Below are positions 49,715 through 58,745 of a DNA stretch of 64,000 nt, one piece after another. The DNA is from an uncultured virus (IMG/VR IMGVR_UViG_3300014205_004150) (lineage: Duplodnaviria; Heunggongvirae; Uroviricota; Caudoviricetes), in IMG/VR virus record IMGVR_UViG_3300014205_004150; one strand, 5' to 3'. The notes under the pieces are model-generated. The model made no database searches and had not been told where the DNA came from. It saw nothing but the letters and a program-made list of their open reading frames with translations. Made by a program: the position numbers and the translations under genes. Within the stretch, counting starts at the first letter, position 1; each line of letters begins with the position of its first letter.

Positions 49715-50793
49715 TTAAAACCACCATTGATAGAATCAATGACATAATTTATTTCTTCTTTTGTCAGCGATGGGTATATTGGGATACTCATAATACAATC
49801 CGACAGATTTTCAGATACCGGACAAACCGCATCATCCATATAAACCGGCTGAGCATGGATTGGAGTGGGATAATGGATTGCGGTTCCAACCCCGCACCCA
49901 TCAAGATGGTTCATTAATTTTTCCCGCTCTGTTCTATTCTGACAAACAACCGCGAATTGGTGGTAAGAACTCCTACAATTTGCACGATTTTCTTGGAATC
50001 CAAAATTGTGGCTATCGTCTATTCCAGTTTTATACATACCCGCAATTTTATTGCGTTTCCAAACAACATCTTCGATTCGATTCATCTGATGAAGAGCAAT
50101 TGTGGCAAGTATATCGGTCATTCTGTAATTATAACCAATAATATCATGTTTATACTTTTCAGATTGCCCATGGTTGATTATTTTTCTGATAAGTTTGGCG
50201 TAATCATCATCATTTGTCGTAATCATGCCACCTTCACCACAGGTGATATTTTTTGTAGCATAAAACGAAAATGTGGCAAAATCTCCGATATTTCCGCACA
50301 TTTTATGATATTCTTTCGAACCTACCGCCTGCGCAGCATCTTCAATCATCACGATATCGTTTTTCTTACACAAACTATGTATCGGGCTTGATTCAAACGG
50401 ACACCCAAACAAATGCACGCCAACAACCGCGCGTGTTTTTTCTGTAATCAAATCCTCCACGTGCGTTGGTTCTATAGTAAATGTCGTTGGGTTAACATCC
50501 GCAAACACGGGTTTAGCCCCGCACATGTTTACACTCGTTGCGGTTGATATAAATGAAAAACTTGGTACAATAACTTCGTCTCCCGGTTTTACACCTGCGG
50601 CAATCATCGACGCATGTAACGCGGCTGTCCCATTAACGCATGCTATCGCATGCCCACTCTCTGTATAATCTGCAAAAATCTCCTCGAATTCTGCCACAAC
50701 GGTTCCTTGTGCAATTTTGCCGGATTTTAAAACATCAACAACAGATTGTATCTCATCTTTACTTATATACGGTTTAGCAATAGGTATTTTCAT
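49711..50793 (-). CDS. DegT-family sugar aminotransferase (WbpE type)
   Basis: NGTAALH, EDAAQA, SFYATKNITCGEGG, GYNYRMTD. Confidence 0.93.
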   Translation of the reverse strand: MKIPIAKPYISKDEIQSVVDVLKSGKIAQGTVVAEFEEIFADYTESGHAIACVNGTAALHASMIAAGVKPGDEVIVPSFSFISTATSVNMCGAKPVFADVNPTTFTIEPTHVEDLITEKTRAVVGVHLFGCPFESSPIHSLCKKNDIVMIEDAAQAVGSKEYHKMCGNIGDFATFSFYATKNITCGEGGMITTNDDDYAKLIRKIINHGQSEKYKHDIIGYNYRMTDILATIALHQMNRIEDVVWKRNKIAGMYKTGIDDSHNFGFQENRANCRSSYHQFAVVCQNRTEREKLMNHLDGCGVGTAIHYPTPIHAQPVYMDDAVCPVSENLSDCIMSIPIYPSLTKEEINYVIDSINGGFK

Positions 50794-51611
50794 TTTTTAT
50801 ACACCCACTTATCAATATATTTCTCTGGTAGCATCTTCGTTTTCGCAGGGAACCCAATAGCCATAGACAACGGTGGGATATCCTTCGTAACAACTGCCCC
50901 AGCAGCAATAAAAGAATTTTCACCAATCGTTATCCCGGGCAAAATTGTAACATTTGCACCAATAGATACATTATCTGATATTGTTGCACCTATCATATCT
51001 TTCCCAAACGGAGGATATTTATCATTCGTAAATGTAACCCTAGGTCCAATAAATACATTGTTACCAATTTTCGTGTGTTTTGGTATATACACGAAACTCT
51101 GTATATTCACATCGTCACCGATGGTGATGTCACCTTCAAGAACACTATAGGAACCAACCCGGACATTTTTACCAACCACCGTATTTTCCCGAATCATCAC
51201 GCCATGCCCGGATTCAAATCTTTCCCCAAGGTGAACCCCCTCGTAAATTATTGTCCCGGGTCTGATTATAGAAAACTCTCCGATATACAAATCATTTGGT
51301 TCAATTTCTCTTCCAATCATGCTGCGCGTTATGTTATCTCTTGTAGGAAAACACAGCACAACATTGTTAAAAATTAAACAATTATCTCCAATATACTTAT
51401 TTCCACAAAACTCCACGATTGACTTTTTATTTTCATTTTTAGAATAAAATTCTTTGCAGTTATCAGAACAAACTAGAAACTCGTCTTCAAAAACCCAACC
51501 AGACTTTATCAAATTGTCAATGTCTATAAAACTTTCGTCATCGTTAACTTCTACGTCTTGTGTTTTACCACACACGGAGCAGCATATTTGTATGGTTTTT
51601 TTATTCTTCAT
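50790..51611 (-). CDS. Hexapeptide-repeat N-acetyltransferase (WbpD type) with N-terminal Cys-rich extension
   Basis: IGNNVFIGP..FTND, IGANVTILPG, AAGAVVTKD; N-terminal CSVC...CSDNC. Confidence 0.88.
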   Translation of the reverse strand: MKNKKTIQICCSVCGKTQDVEVNDDESFIDIDNLIKSGWVFEDEFLVCSDNCKEFYSKNENKKSIVEFCGNKYIGDNCLIFNNVVLCFPTRDNITRSMIGREIEPNDLYIGEFSIIRPGTIIYEGVHLGERFESGHGVMIRENTVVGKNVRVGSYSVLEGDITIGDDVNIQSFVYIPKHTKIGNNVFIGPRVTFTNDKYPPFGKDMIGATISDNVSIGANVTILPGITIGENSFIAAGAVVTKDIPPLSMAIGFPAKTKMLPEKYIDKWVYKK

Positions 51612-51769
51612 TAAACCCAATAAATTACATACACACGCAGATATATGCTTTACGATGTGTTGATATATCACTGATAACGTTATATATATATCACAACCCG
51701 GTGATAACACAAATCAAAAACAAATATATACCAAAAGAAACATACCAGTATACAAACAAAGGAGAAACC

Positions 51770-52777
51770 ATGGATATAACATATCAACGTGAAGTTTCAC
51801 ACTGCGCAAAATCCCCGTATATTAAGATGTATACTGTACAGACAGTTGAACCTGCACAAAATTCAGACGCGCTAGATATAATCAAATTTGTGGAAACTGA
51901 TTACCAATCAATTGTAAAACGCGGGTCTATAACCAACGGGGAAGAGGTAATGTTCATACCTCCGGAATCTGTTCTCCCGTTTGAACTTTCTGAAGAACTT
52001 AACATAACAAAGTATCTTTCAAAAGGGCGCGTAATTATAACAAAACTACGTGGGAACAGGTCTGAGGGTATCGTTGTGCCACCGGCAATCGTAGAGCCAT
52101 ACATACCATATATCATGCAATGGGAAGACCAACCGACCGTTCAAATGATGGGTATGATGACACCGAAAATAGAAATACCCAAAAATTTTGAAGTTTTTTA
52201 CAAGATGCCAAATATACGGAACGAACCAGATACCTTTGTGTTCGGGGAACAAGTAGCAATCAGCGAAAAAATCCATGGAACAAACTGCAGGTTTGGAATA
52301 TTCAAAAACCCATCCGACGGAAAGGAACAGTTATATGTTGGTAGCCACAAAACCGTTTTGAAAGAATCGGATGAAAATATCTACTGGAAGTGCGTAAAAG
52401 ACACATTGCCCGATGATATACAATTGCCAATGAACACGACGTTCTATTGTGAAATATACGGGAAGGGTGTACAAGACATGCATTATGAAACAAACGCACC
52501 CGCGCTTAAAATATTCGCAATTTACCGAGAAAAAAATTACGTTGAACCAAGCCAAGTTGAAAAAACGTGTAACGAGCTTTCCCTTCCATGTGTAGAATAC
52601 AAATACTGCAAATATATGGGTCTAGAAAAAATGAAAAACTTGGCAAACGCGCAATCAACCCTATATGACGGCTTCAAAGAAGGTATCGTAGTGGTATCTA
52701 CACACGAACCTAACAAAATGGGCAAAATTATATCTGACAGATATCTCGAACGAAAAAACAAGACAGAAAGGCATTAG
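51770..52777 (+). CDS. Rnl2-family RNA ligase (DRB0094-like)
   Basis: Motif I EKIHGTN, EIYG, EGIV, KIISDRYL; N-terminal KLRGNRSEG; GGAG RBS. Confidence 0.85.
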   Translation: MDITYQREVSHCAKSPYIKMYTVQTVEPAQNSDALDIIKFVETDYQSIVKRGSITNGEEVMFIPPESVLPFELSEELNITKYLSKGRVIITKLRGNRSEGIVVPPAIVEPYIPYIMQWEDQPTVQMMGMMTPKIEIPKNFEVFYKMPNIRNEPDTFVFGEQVAISEKIHGTNCRFGIFKNPSDGKEQLYVGSHKTVLKESDENIYWKCVKDTLPDDIQLPMNTTFYCEIYGKGVQDMHYETNAPALKIFAIYREKNYVEPSQVEKTCNELSLPCVEYKYCKYMGLEKMKNLANAQSTLYDGFKEGIVVVSTHEPNKMGKIISDRYLERKNKTERH

Positions 52778-52785
52778 GTGATATT

Positions 52786-52971
52786 ATGGACGTATACTGC
52801 AATTGGATTAACCAAACCACAGAAAAAACGAAACTATCAAAACACTGCTTTGAGAATATTATAACAAAACCGGATGGTTCCGGAGAATGTTATAAATGCA
52901 CAACATCTCCACAAATAAAACTCGGGAATCCTGTAGACAGACTACTGGAACAACTCAAAAGCGGAGATTAA
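52786..52971 (+). CDS. Small Cys-containing protein
   Basis: AGGTGA RBS; 61 aa. Confidence 0.55.
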   Translation: MDVYCNWINQTTEKTKLSKHCFENIITKPDGSGECYKCTTSPQIKLGNPVDRLLEQLKSGD

Positions 52972-52986
52972 AAAAATATATTATAT

Positions 52987-53565
52987 TTAATACCCTCGTT
53001 TACAGATTTCTTTTCCCCACGACCCCTGCCAATCTGTTTTTCTTCCATATCTCCTGTGAAGTGTTTGCATCTGTGAAAGATTATCTTCACACAGATCATC
53101 CCATATATCATGCCAAACTGCTCCATATCGAACGTTTTTTGGTGGTATCCATTCAAGAGCATCTGCATTGATGATAGTGAGCCTGTCACCATATTTTTCC
53201 TGATAGTGTGTTCCAACCAATGCAATCACATCCGGAGATTTTTCAATCACAGTTGCATGTGTAACTTCTGGTTTTTCAAGACAAGATTGCAAAACTACTC
53301 CTAGACCAAGACCGTTGATTAGAACATGCCCCTTTGCATTGTAAATGAAAATACAATGGTCCCTCATTTCGTCCGGGGTATCACTCATAACGAGATATCC
53401 ATGTCTAGTCAATTTGGTGTATACACCGGCAGGAACACATCTCCCCCTGCTGCTGAAACTGAACATACTTCTGATTCTTTCCATCTTCTCGTCATCTTCA
53501 GTGACCGTAAACCGGGTTACTTTCCAATCGCCCGAAACTCCTTCTGGAACGGATACTTTATTCAT
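52987..53565 (-). CDS. Class I SAM-dependent methyltransferase-like protein (spermidine-synthase-like fold)
   Basis: VMSDTPDE, VLINGLGLG, VIEKS, ADA, WHDIW. Confidence 0.75.
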   Translation of the reverse strand: MNKVSVPEGVSGDWKVTRFTVTEDDEKMERIRSMFSFSSRGRCVPAGVYTKLTRHGYLVMSDTPDEMRDHCIFIYNAKGHVLINGLGLGVVLQSCLEKPEVTHATVIEKSPDVIALVGTHYQEKYGDRLTIINADALEWIPPKNVRYGAVWHDIWDDLCEDNLSQMQTLHRRYGRKTDWQGSWGKEICKRGY

Positions 53566-53569
53566 GATA

Positions 53570-54073
53570 TTACGCTCCCCCACATTGCCCGGTGAACGAT
53601 TCAAACAGTGTTTTCATCTTTTCAAATGCACCAGCATCTACAAAGAACACAAACGAATTGTCAAGTTCAATCCATCCGATATATCTATCAGATTTCCCGG
53701 AGAGCACTTCATCAAACTTGGATGGTTCTTTCAGACGAAGTTTGCCTTCAGCAAGATTGTTCAAAATTGGAACTATCTGTGCTCCTGCAAGTCCGTTTTC
53801 AGAAAGAATAAAGACTTCTCTACCTTTCACTTTGCACGACCATGCAGCACCGTTCCCACTGGCAAACTTGTTTGCAAGATGGGATAATGCTCTAGGCAAC
53901 GCCCCAAATTCAAACTCTGCCGCGCCCATATAGTCACACGAAAAGATGGGTGAAAGAAGATGTACCGCGTCTTCTGTCAGTCCACCATCCTGCAATCCTC
54001 CTCCAAACGTAAACGGGTTTGCTAACCGTTCGCGCGGAGGGCAGAGCCTTTGAATCAAGTATGTTCGTCTCAT
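53570..54073 (-). CDS. Phage-type hypothetical protein
   Basis: YLIQRL...DYMGAAEFEFGALP. Confidence 0.7.
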   Translation of the reverse strand: MRRTYLIQRLCPPRERLANPFTFGGGLQDGGLTEDAVHLLSPIFSCDYMGAAEFEFGALPRALSHLANKFASGNGAAWSCKVKGREVFILSENGLAGAQIVPILNNLAEGKLRLKEPSKFDEVLSGKSDRYIGWIELDNSFVFFVDAGAFEKMKTLFESFTGQCGGA

Positions 54074-54089
54074 TGTTTTCCCCCGTCAT

Positions 54090-54260
54090 TCACCGATAAT
54101 ACTCATCATATTCATCAAACGGACACTTCCCATGTGCATTGTATGGACAATCCTCATCCTCTTCACGCTGGTACGGGCAAGCATCGTAGCAACCACTGTA
54201 AATTCTCCAGAAGCCGTTTTCCTTCACAGATTTGATAGTATGCTTCGGTATGTGTTCCAT
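54090..54260 (-). CDS. Small Cys-rich acidic protein (56 aa)
   Basis: GGAG RBS; MEHIPK...CYDACPY...CPY...CPF; not in ORF track. Confidence 0.6.
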   Translation of the reverse strand: MEHIPKHTIKSVKENGFWRIYSGCYDACPYQREEDEDCPYNAHGKCPFDEYDEYYR

Positions 54261-54263
54261 GTT

Positions 54264-54467
54264 TCACTCCTTCACCGGAATTACGCTACCATTCCAGAAA
54301 TTCCACTGTGCTCCTGTTCGTTTTTGTGCATCTGGCAACCTACAATGTTCACAGATATCACAATCAAGTCTTTTGTGCCACCTGCAAACTTGGCATGGGT
54401 GCATTGATGCCCATATCGCATCTGCAAGTTCATTCATTTTAGATTCGTCTGTCATTTTTATCATCAT
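54264..54467 (-). CDS. Small Cys-rich protein
   Basis: CQVC..CDICEHC. Confidence 0.6.
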   Translation of the reverse strand: MMIKMTDESKMNELADAIWASMHPCQVCRWHKRLDCDICEHCRLPDAQKRTGAQWNFWNGSVIPVKE

Positions 54468-54760
54468 CCCTCGTTATTGTTCATATAAAACAATTCCATA
54501 TCAGCATCATACCGTGCCTGTTCTTCATCCCTTTCCCGAATCATGAGAGCAACTAACGGGCACGATTCCCATTCCCCCCATCCAAAATCCGGGTTCCATC
54601 CACAAGTTTCCGGGTCTTTCTGCACCCGACACTGACCACAGGTCAGGTCATATGCCCGTTCAAGTTCGTGCTCGCCCCTGAATTGGTCTTCACCGTAGTT
54701 CCCGGTGATATACCTGTCAAGCGCACCACAATCGATTTCAAACATACCCATCGTTTTCAC
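54464..54760 (-). CDS. Hypothetical protein
   Basis: GGAG RBS; CGQC..C..CP. Confidence 0.65.
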   Translation of the reverse strand: MKTMGMFEIDCGALDRYITGNYGEDQFRGEHELERAYDLTCGQCRVQKDPETCGWNPDFGWGEWESCPLVALMIRERDEEQARYDADMELFYMNNNEG

Positions 54761-54766
54761 TCCGTA

Positions 54767-55021
54767 TCACGAGATAATGATAACATCCTTGCACATTTCG
54801 GGGTTTTCTTCTTCAATTAAATAGGGGGAATTCTCGTCTTCAAGAACCTTGAATGCGCTGTGATATTCAGAATACTTGACCTTTCCGGTCGAAATACCAC
54901 GAACCGGCTCTGCCACGGTGGTATTCCAATAATCACCATACTCATACGAAAACATCACGATTTCGTTTTTATCAAACATTTCGAGGCGTTCAATCAGATC
55001 GCCAACCGTCATTTGTTTCAT
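54767..55021 (-). CDS. Phage-type hypothetical protein
   Basis: MKQMTVGDLIERLE..YGDYW; GGAGTG RBS. Confidence 0.7.
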   Translation of the reverse strand: MKQMTVGDLIERLEMFDKNEIVMFSYEYGDYWNTTVAEPVRGISTGKVKYSEYHSAFKVLEDENSPYLIEEENPEMCKDVIIIS

Positions 55022-55078
55022 ATTTGCACTCCTTTTTTTGTATACAACATGGTGTGTCACGATACTATATATATCTTT
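55022..55078 (-). promoter_or_regulatory. TATA box + TTGTATACAA palindrome + GGAGTG RBS
   Basis: Same layout as 62574-62620. Confidence 0.6.
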
Positions 55079-55143
55079 CGAAAACCAACACAACCACTTT
55101 TTTGTTTGTTGTACACCACTCTACAACACCAACCAGAATGCCC

Positions 55144-55223
55144 ACAGCCATGGCACAGTCTTTGTACAGTTTGATTTGTACCCACATACTACAGAATCAT
55201 ACTACAAGATACACCATGGCTGT
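55144..55223. repeat. Long imperfect inverted repeat (intergenic hairpin)
   Basis: ACAGCCATGG/CCATGGCTGT outer arms; inner TCTTTGTA/TACAAGA and TGATTTGTA/TACAGAATCA. Confidence 0.7.
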
Positions 55224-55276
55224 TAAAACGAATCTATGAGGCTGGTGAAAAACATTTATATATTATTAAAAAAAGT

Positions 55277-56446
55277 TTATTTTTTGGGTCTGGATGTTGC
55301 AACACGTTTTTTTGCTGTGGTTTTTGTAGTTGGTGTTGCCAATTTGCGTGGTCTACCAGAAGCACGATACACAAGTTTCTTAACACCATCGTCATATTCA
55401 AAAACCTGATACAAATCGCTTCCGTATCTGGCTTTCATTTTCCCGACAATAGATGCCAATGGAACTGGTTTTTTAAATCGCATGTGCCTATTGACAACAG
55501 ACCCGGTTTTTAAGACAATCTTGAAATACCTATCCAACCATTCCGGGGCAACTTCATCTATTCTAGACTCAACCATGCGTTTCTTCTTTTTTCGGTCACT
55601 AATCTGTCCTATTTTAAGCCGTGCAAGATGTGTTCTCGGGAACACTTCCAGCACTCGTCTTCGTGCTGTTTCCCCGGTAAGGCTTCTATCTAAACTACCA
55701 GTGAGCAATATTCGGTCTTCTTTCATCTTCTCAAAACCGTTTGTCATCCATGAATAATACCCCAACGCATGCCGCATTTGAAACAACCCCTTTCTTGATA
55801 CTCTGGCGACAGTTTCAAGTTCAGTTAGAGCTTCATCTTCGTCAACGTCTTTTCCTTCGATACCATCCCTAAAACGCATCGCGTGAATCGTCTCATGTAA
55901 AATCGTTGGTTCATCTTTTATATATCGCGGGTTTATATCGATTATAGAATGTTTTATACCTGTATCAGAAATCCAGTTATCGGTTGTACCCATGGTTCCT
56001 CCACGAACCCGAGAAGATGGGTACTCATAGTATACGTTCAACCTATCAATCTCACCCTCATCGAAAGATCTGTTAATAATTGGAACGCCGTACCCGCCAA
56101 AAAACCGTATTTTTTCTTGTGACTCTCCTCCGACTCGCACGTGGTCACCAACTTTTGTTTTATACGCTCTGATATCTTTCCGAGGATGATCATACCCATG
56201 GACATCAAACTCTCGTGGCAAATATTTTAATTTGCCACCGGAAACGGTATCTGGCGACGGCGCAACAACAACGTTGTGCCGGTGTGAATAATCCGCAACA
56301 CCCGGCGCACCAAAATCATACATTGTTGTAACCCAATCCTCGCGTTGTTTTGTTGCCCTGCGCGGTGGTTTCTTGGTAACTTTCGTGCGCGATGTGCTTA
56401 CAACCTTTTTGGCAGGTTTGCGCAAATTCCGGGCAGGAGTTTTCAC
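55277..56446 (-). CDS. HExxH zincin-like protein with basic tails at both ends
   Basis: ILHETIH...DEALTE; N: RKPAKKVVSTSRTKVTKKPPRR; C: TTKTTAKKRVATSRPKK. Confidence 0.75.
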   Translation of the reverse strand: MKTPARNLRKPAKKVVSTSRTKVTKKPPRRATKQREDWVTTMYDFGAPGVADYSHRHNVVVAPSPDTVSGGKLKYLPREFDVHGYDHPRKDIRAYKTKVGDHVRVGGESQEKIRFFGGYGVPIINRSFDEGEIDRLNVYYEYPSSRVRGGTMGTTDNWISDTGIKHSIIDINPRYIKDEPTILHETIHAMRFRDGIEGKDVDEDEALTELETVARVSRKGLFQMRHALGYYSWMTNGFEKMKEDRILLTGSLDRSLTGETARRRVLEVFPRTHLARLKIGQISDRKKKKRMVESRIDEVAPEWLDRYFKIVLKTGSVVNRHMRFKKPVPLASIVGKMKARYGSDLYQVFEYDDGVKKLVYRASGRPRKLATPTTKTTAKKRVATSRPKK

Positions 56447-56748
56447 TTCTTCATCCCCCTGCGATACCGTGCCAGATGTATGTCTGCATGCTCCAAATCC
56501 GATGATATAACACCTTTCAATTTGTTAAGTTTTTCTTTCTCAATATTCAATTGTTGAATATACTCTTTTATATCATATTGGGCAGCACTGATTTCGGTCA
56601 ATAGTGTCTTCCTCGCAATTTTTAAACGGCGTATCATCTCTTTTTTTTCTTCCGGTGAAAGTTTTGTCTTGTTAACTGTTCTCCACCATCGAGATGTCAT
56701 GATTGCTTTGTCAGCAATATCTACTATTTGAGGCAAATTCGATATCAT
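56443..56748 (-). CDS. Coiled-coil hypothetical protein
   Basis: 101 aa; GGTGA RBS. Confidence 0.65.
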   Translation of the reverse strand: MISNLPQIVDIADKAIMTSRWWRTVNKTKLSPEEKKEMIRRLKIARKTLLTEISAAQYDIKEYIQQLNIEKEKLNKLKGVISSDLEHADIHLARYRRGMKK

Positions 56749-56940
56749 TTAATCACCACCATTTTTTTGTAAGAAGATATCTGCAACAACTTTTATGTAT
56801 CCGTGTTTGTTTTCGACAGCAACAAAATTTTCAGACACACGGCGGACAATTTTGCACTTTCCATAATAATAGTCGTTATAAACACGGTATGGATATTCTT
56901 CTTTTTTTGTTTTTCTAGCAGTTTTTTTATTTATTTTCAT
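56749..56940 (-). CDS. Small protein with basic N-terminal tail
   Basis: MKINKKTARKTKK; leaderless TATA. Confidence 0.65.
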   Translation of the reverse strand: MKINKKTARKTKKEEYPYRVYNDYYYGKCKIVRRVSENFVAVENKHGYIKVVADIFLQKNGGD

Positions 56941-56969
56941 AATTATATATATCTTTATTTTAAAAATAT

Positions 56970-57371
56970 TTAAAGGTTTTCGTATGGAAAAATCTTTGAA
57001 ATGCGGTATATAAGTTTGCCGCCCAAATATCTATCAAAACCATTTTTAATGTAAAAATCAGTAGTATTGTTTTCAGGTGTCAACAAAATCGTGTCTAAAT
57101 TCAACCGACGTGCCTCTTCTTTCAGATAATCAATCATAAAACTCCCCAACCCACACCCTTGATGCAAAGCCAAAACCCCTAACACATTCATCGATGGGGG
57201 GTTAATTGTATAACAAGAAATAACTAATAAAATTCGTTCATGATAAAAAAACACACGGTGTGTATGATTTAAAAGTAATATTGATTTAATTTCGTCAAAA
57301 TCTTGGCGCGCCGAATATATATCTATAAATTCAGAATATATTTCGTCGTGTGGTTGAGTCTTTAAAAACAT
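56970..57371 (-). CDS. GNAT acetyltransferase
   Basis: QGCGLGS, FYIKNGF. Confidence 0.75.
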   Translation of the reverse strand: MFLKTQPHDEIYSEFIDIYSARQDFDEIKSILLLNHTHRVFFYHERILLVISCYTINPPSMNVLGVLALHQGCGLGSFMIDYLKEEARRLNLDTILLTPENNTTDFYIKNGFDRYLGGKLIYRISKIFPYENL

Positions 57372-57385
57372 ATTACACGCAAATT

Positions 57386-57550
57386 TTAAAAATTGCCAGC
57401 ATGTGAATAATATTTAAATGCAATCTTAGACGAACCGCACCGAGGGCAGTAATATGGTTCCACACGCTGTTCATCGATCCATTTGTTTTCACAAACCCGG
57501 CAACTATAGTTGCGTGGGTTTACAAATGCAGATTCTTCTGTCTTTTTCAT
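57386..57550 (-). CDS. Small Zn-ribbon protein
   Basis: CRVC...CPRCGS. Confidence 0.6.
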   Translation of the reverse strand: MKKTEESAFVNPRNYSCRVCENKWIDEQRVEPYYCPRCGSSKIAFKYYSHAGNF

Positions 57551-57565
57551 AAAAACACCATTATT

Positions 57566-57666
57566 TTTTGTGGGAGTTTGCCCGGGCAAATCACCTCTAA
57601 CACTTCTAAACTAAAACTTCAACTCTACACATTTGTGCCCGCTCACAATAGCAAACTTCCACAAAA
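57566..57666. repeat. Long imperfect inverted repeat (intergenic hairpin)
   Basis: TTTTGTGGGAGTTTGC / GCAAACTTCCACAAAA (15/16 pairs) with inner CGGGCAAAT/ATTTGTGCCCG. Confidence 0.7.
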
Positions 57667-57700
57667 TACATTTGTTTTTTAAATATTTAAAGTTTATTAT

Positions 57701-58246
57701 TTATTTTACACATATCCACACGGGCGAAGAAAAGCCGGTTATTCGTTCAACACGAGAAAACCTGTATCGCAATAAAATCTCAATTTCTGTCGGTGTTGCA
57801 GAAGTTCCACGAGGAGAACTCGGATAGTTAACAACCAATTTGCCACCAACTCTCAACAAATCCCTCCACAAATCCAACAAAGCCCCTATGTGCTCAAACC
57901 GAGGCTGGACATTGATAACATTGCTTGCATATACAATATCATATTTATATTTTAATGCATCTTTATTATGAATTGTTGGGTCAAAGTTTTGCCCGAAGTC
58001 ATATGCTATAACGTTATACCCATCGTTTTGCAAAGAAAGCGCATGCCGAGCAGTTTTCCCAGCACCAAAATCCAAAATCAAATCGTTAAAAGAAGATATT
58101 TTTCTGACCACGCGCGGGACAACAGGATTCCCTCCAACAGCCCCTGCATGGCGGGACGTTTTATTTATTTTTTGTAGTTCGGACACATCGTAAAGATCGT
58201 ATACACGTTTTTTATTACTCTGCGCACCCTTATGCTTTGTAGGCAT
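57701..58246 (-). CDS. Class I SAM-dependent methyltransferase
   Basis: ILDFGAGK, AYD, YDIVYASNVINV. Confidence 0.8.
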   Translation of the reverse strand: MPTKHKGAQSNKKRVYDLYDVSELQKINKTSRHAGAVGGNPVVPRVVRKISSFNDLILDFGAGKTARHALSLQNDGYNVIAYDFGQNFDPTIHNKDALKYKYDIVYASNVINVQPRFEHIGALLDLWRDLLRVGGKLVVNYPSSPRGTSATPTEIEILLRYRFSRVERITGFSSPVWICVK

Positions 58247-58496
58247 GCACCCCGACCCGGTTATACAATTTAATGGCATTGATAACACCAATCATAGAAT
58301 CATATTTCCGATACCCACCAGAGGAATTAACCAGCGTATAAATATAATTTGAACCCCCTACTTTGTGCCGGAATAATTCAAGTCCATAACCGTTGGCTAA
58401 TGCACGTATTTCGTCAAAAACATATGACTGTCGTTTCTTTTTGCCAATCTTATGTGCAATTTTTGTCTTTTTCGCCTTTTTGACAAGTTTTACCAT
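58230..58496 (-). CDS. Small protein with basic N-terminal tail
   Basis: MVKLVKKAKKTKIAHKIGKKKR; GGTGA RBS. Confidence 0.7.
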   Translation of the reverse strand: MVKLVKKAKKTKIAHKIGKKKRQSYVFDEIRALANGYGLELFRHKVGGSNYIYTLVNSSGGYRKYDSMIGVINAIKLYNRVGVHAYKA

Positions 58497-58501
58497 GGGT
58501 A

Positions 58502-58699
58502 TCACCGACGCATTGCATTTGCTATACCACCAGCAACACCAAGCGCCATTATAGATGTCGCCCCAACAATGGCTACCTTCCCAATGGTGTTTGTCATGTC
58601 GTCAACAGTGTTTCCACGAGAATTCCTAGTTTTTTTCGCAGGTTTGGTTTTACTGCGCGTTTTTCTTTTTGTTGTTTTAACAGGTTTTTTCTTTACCAT
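58502..58699 (-). CDS. Small protein: basic tail plus hydrophobic/amphipathic helix
   Basis: MVKKKPVKTTKRKTRSKTKPAKK...IGKVAIVGATSIMALGVAGGIANAM. Confidence 0.75.
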   Translation of the reverse strand: MVKKKPVKTTKRKTRSKTKPAKKTRNSRGNTVDDMTNTIGKVAIVGATSIMALGVAGGIANAMRR

Positions 58700-58745
58700 G
58701 GTAATATATTAAATTTATTAATATAAAAAAGTTGCTATAAAAATA

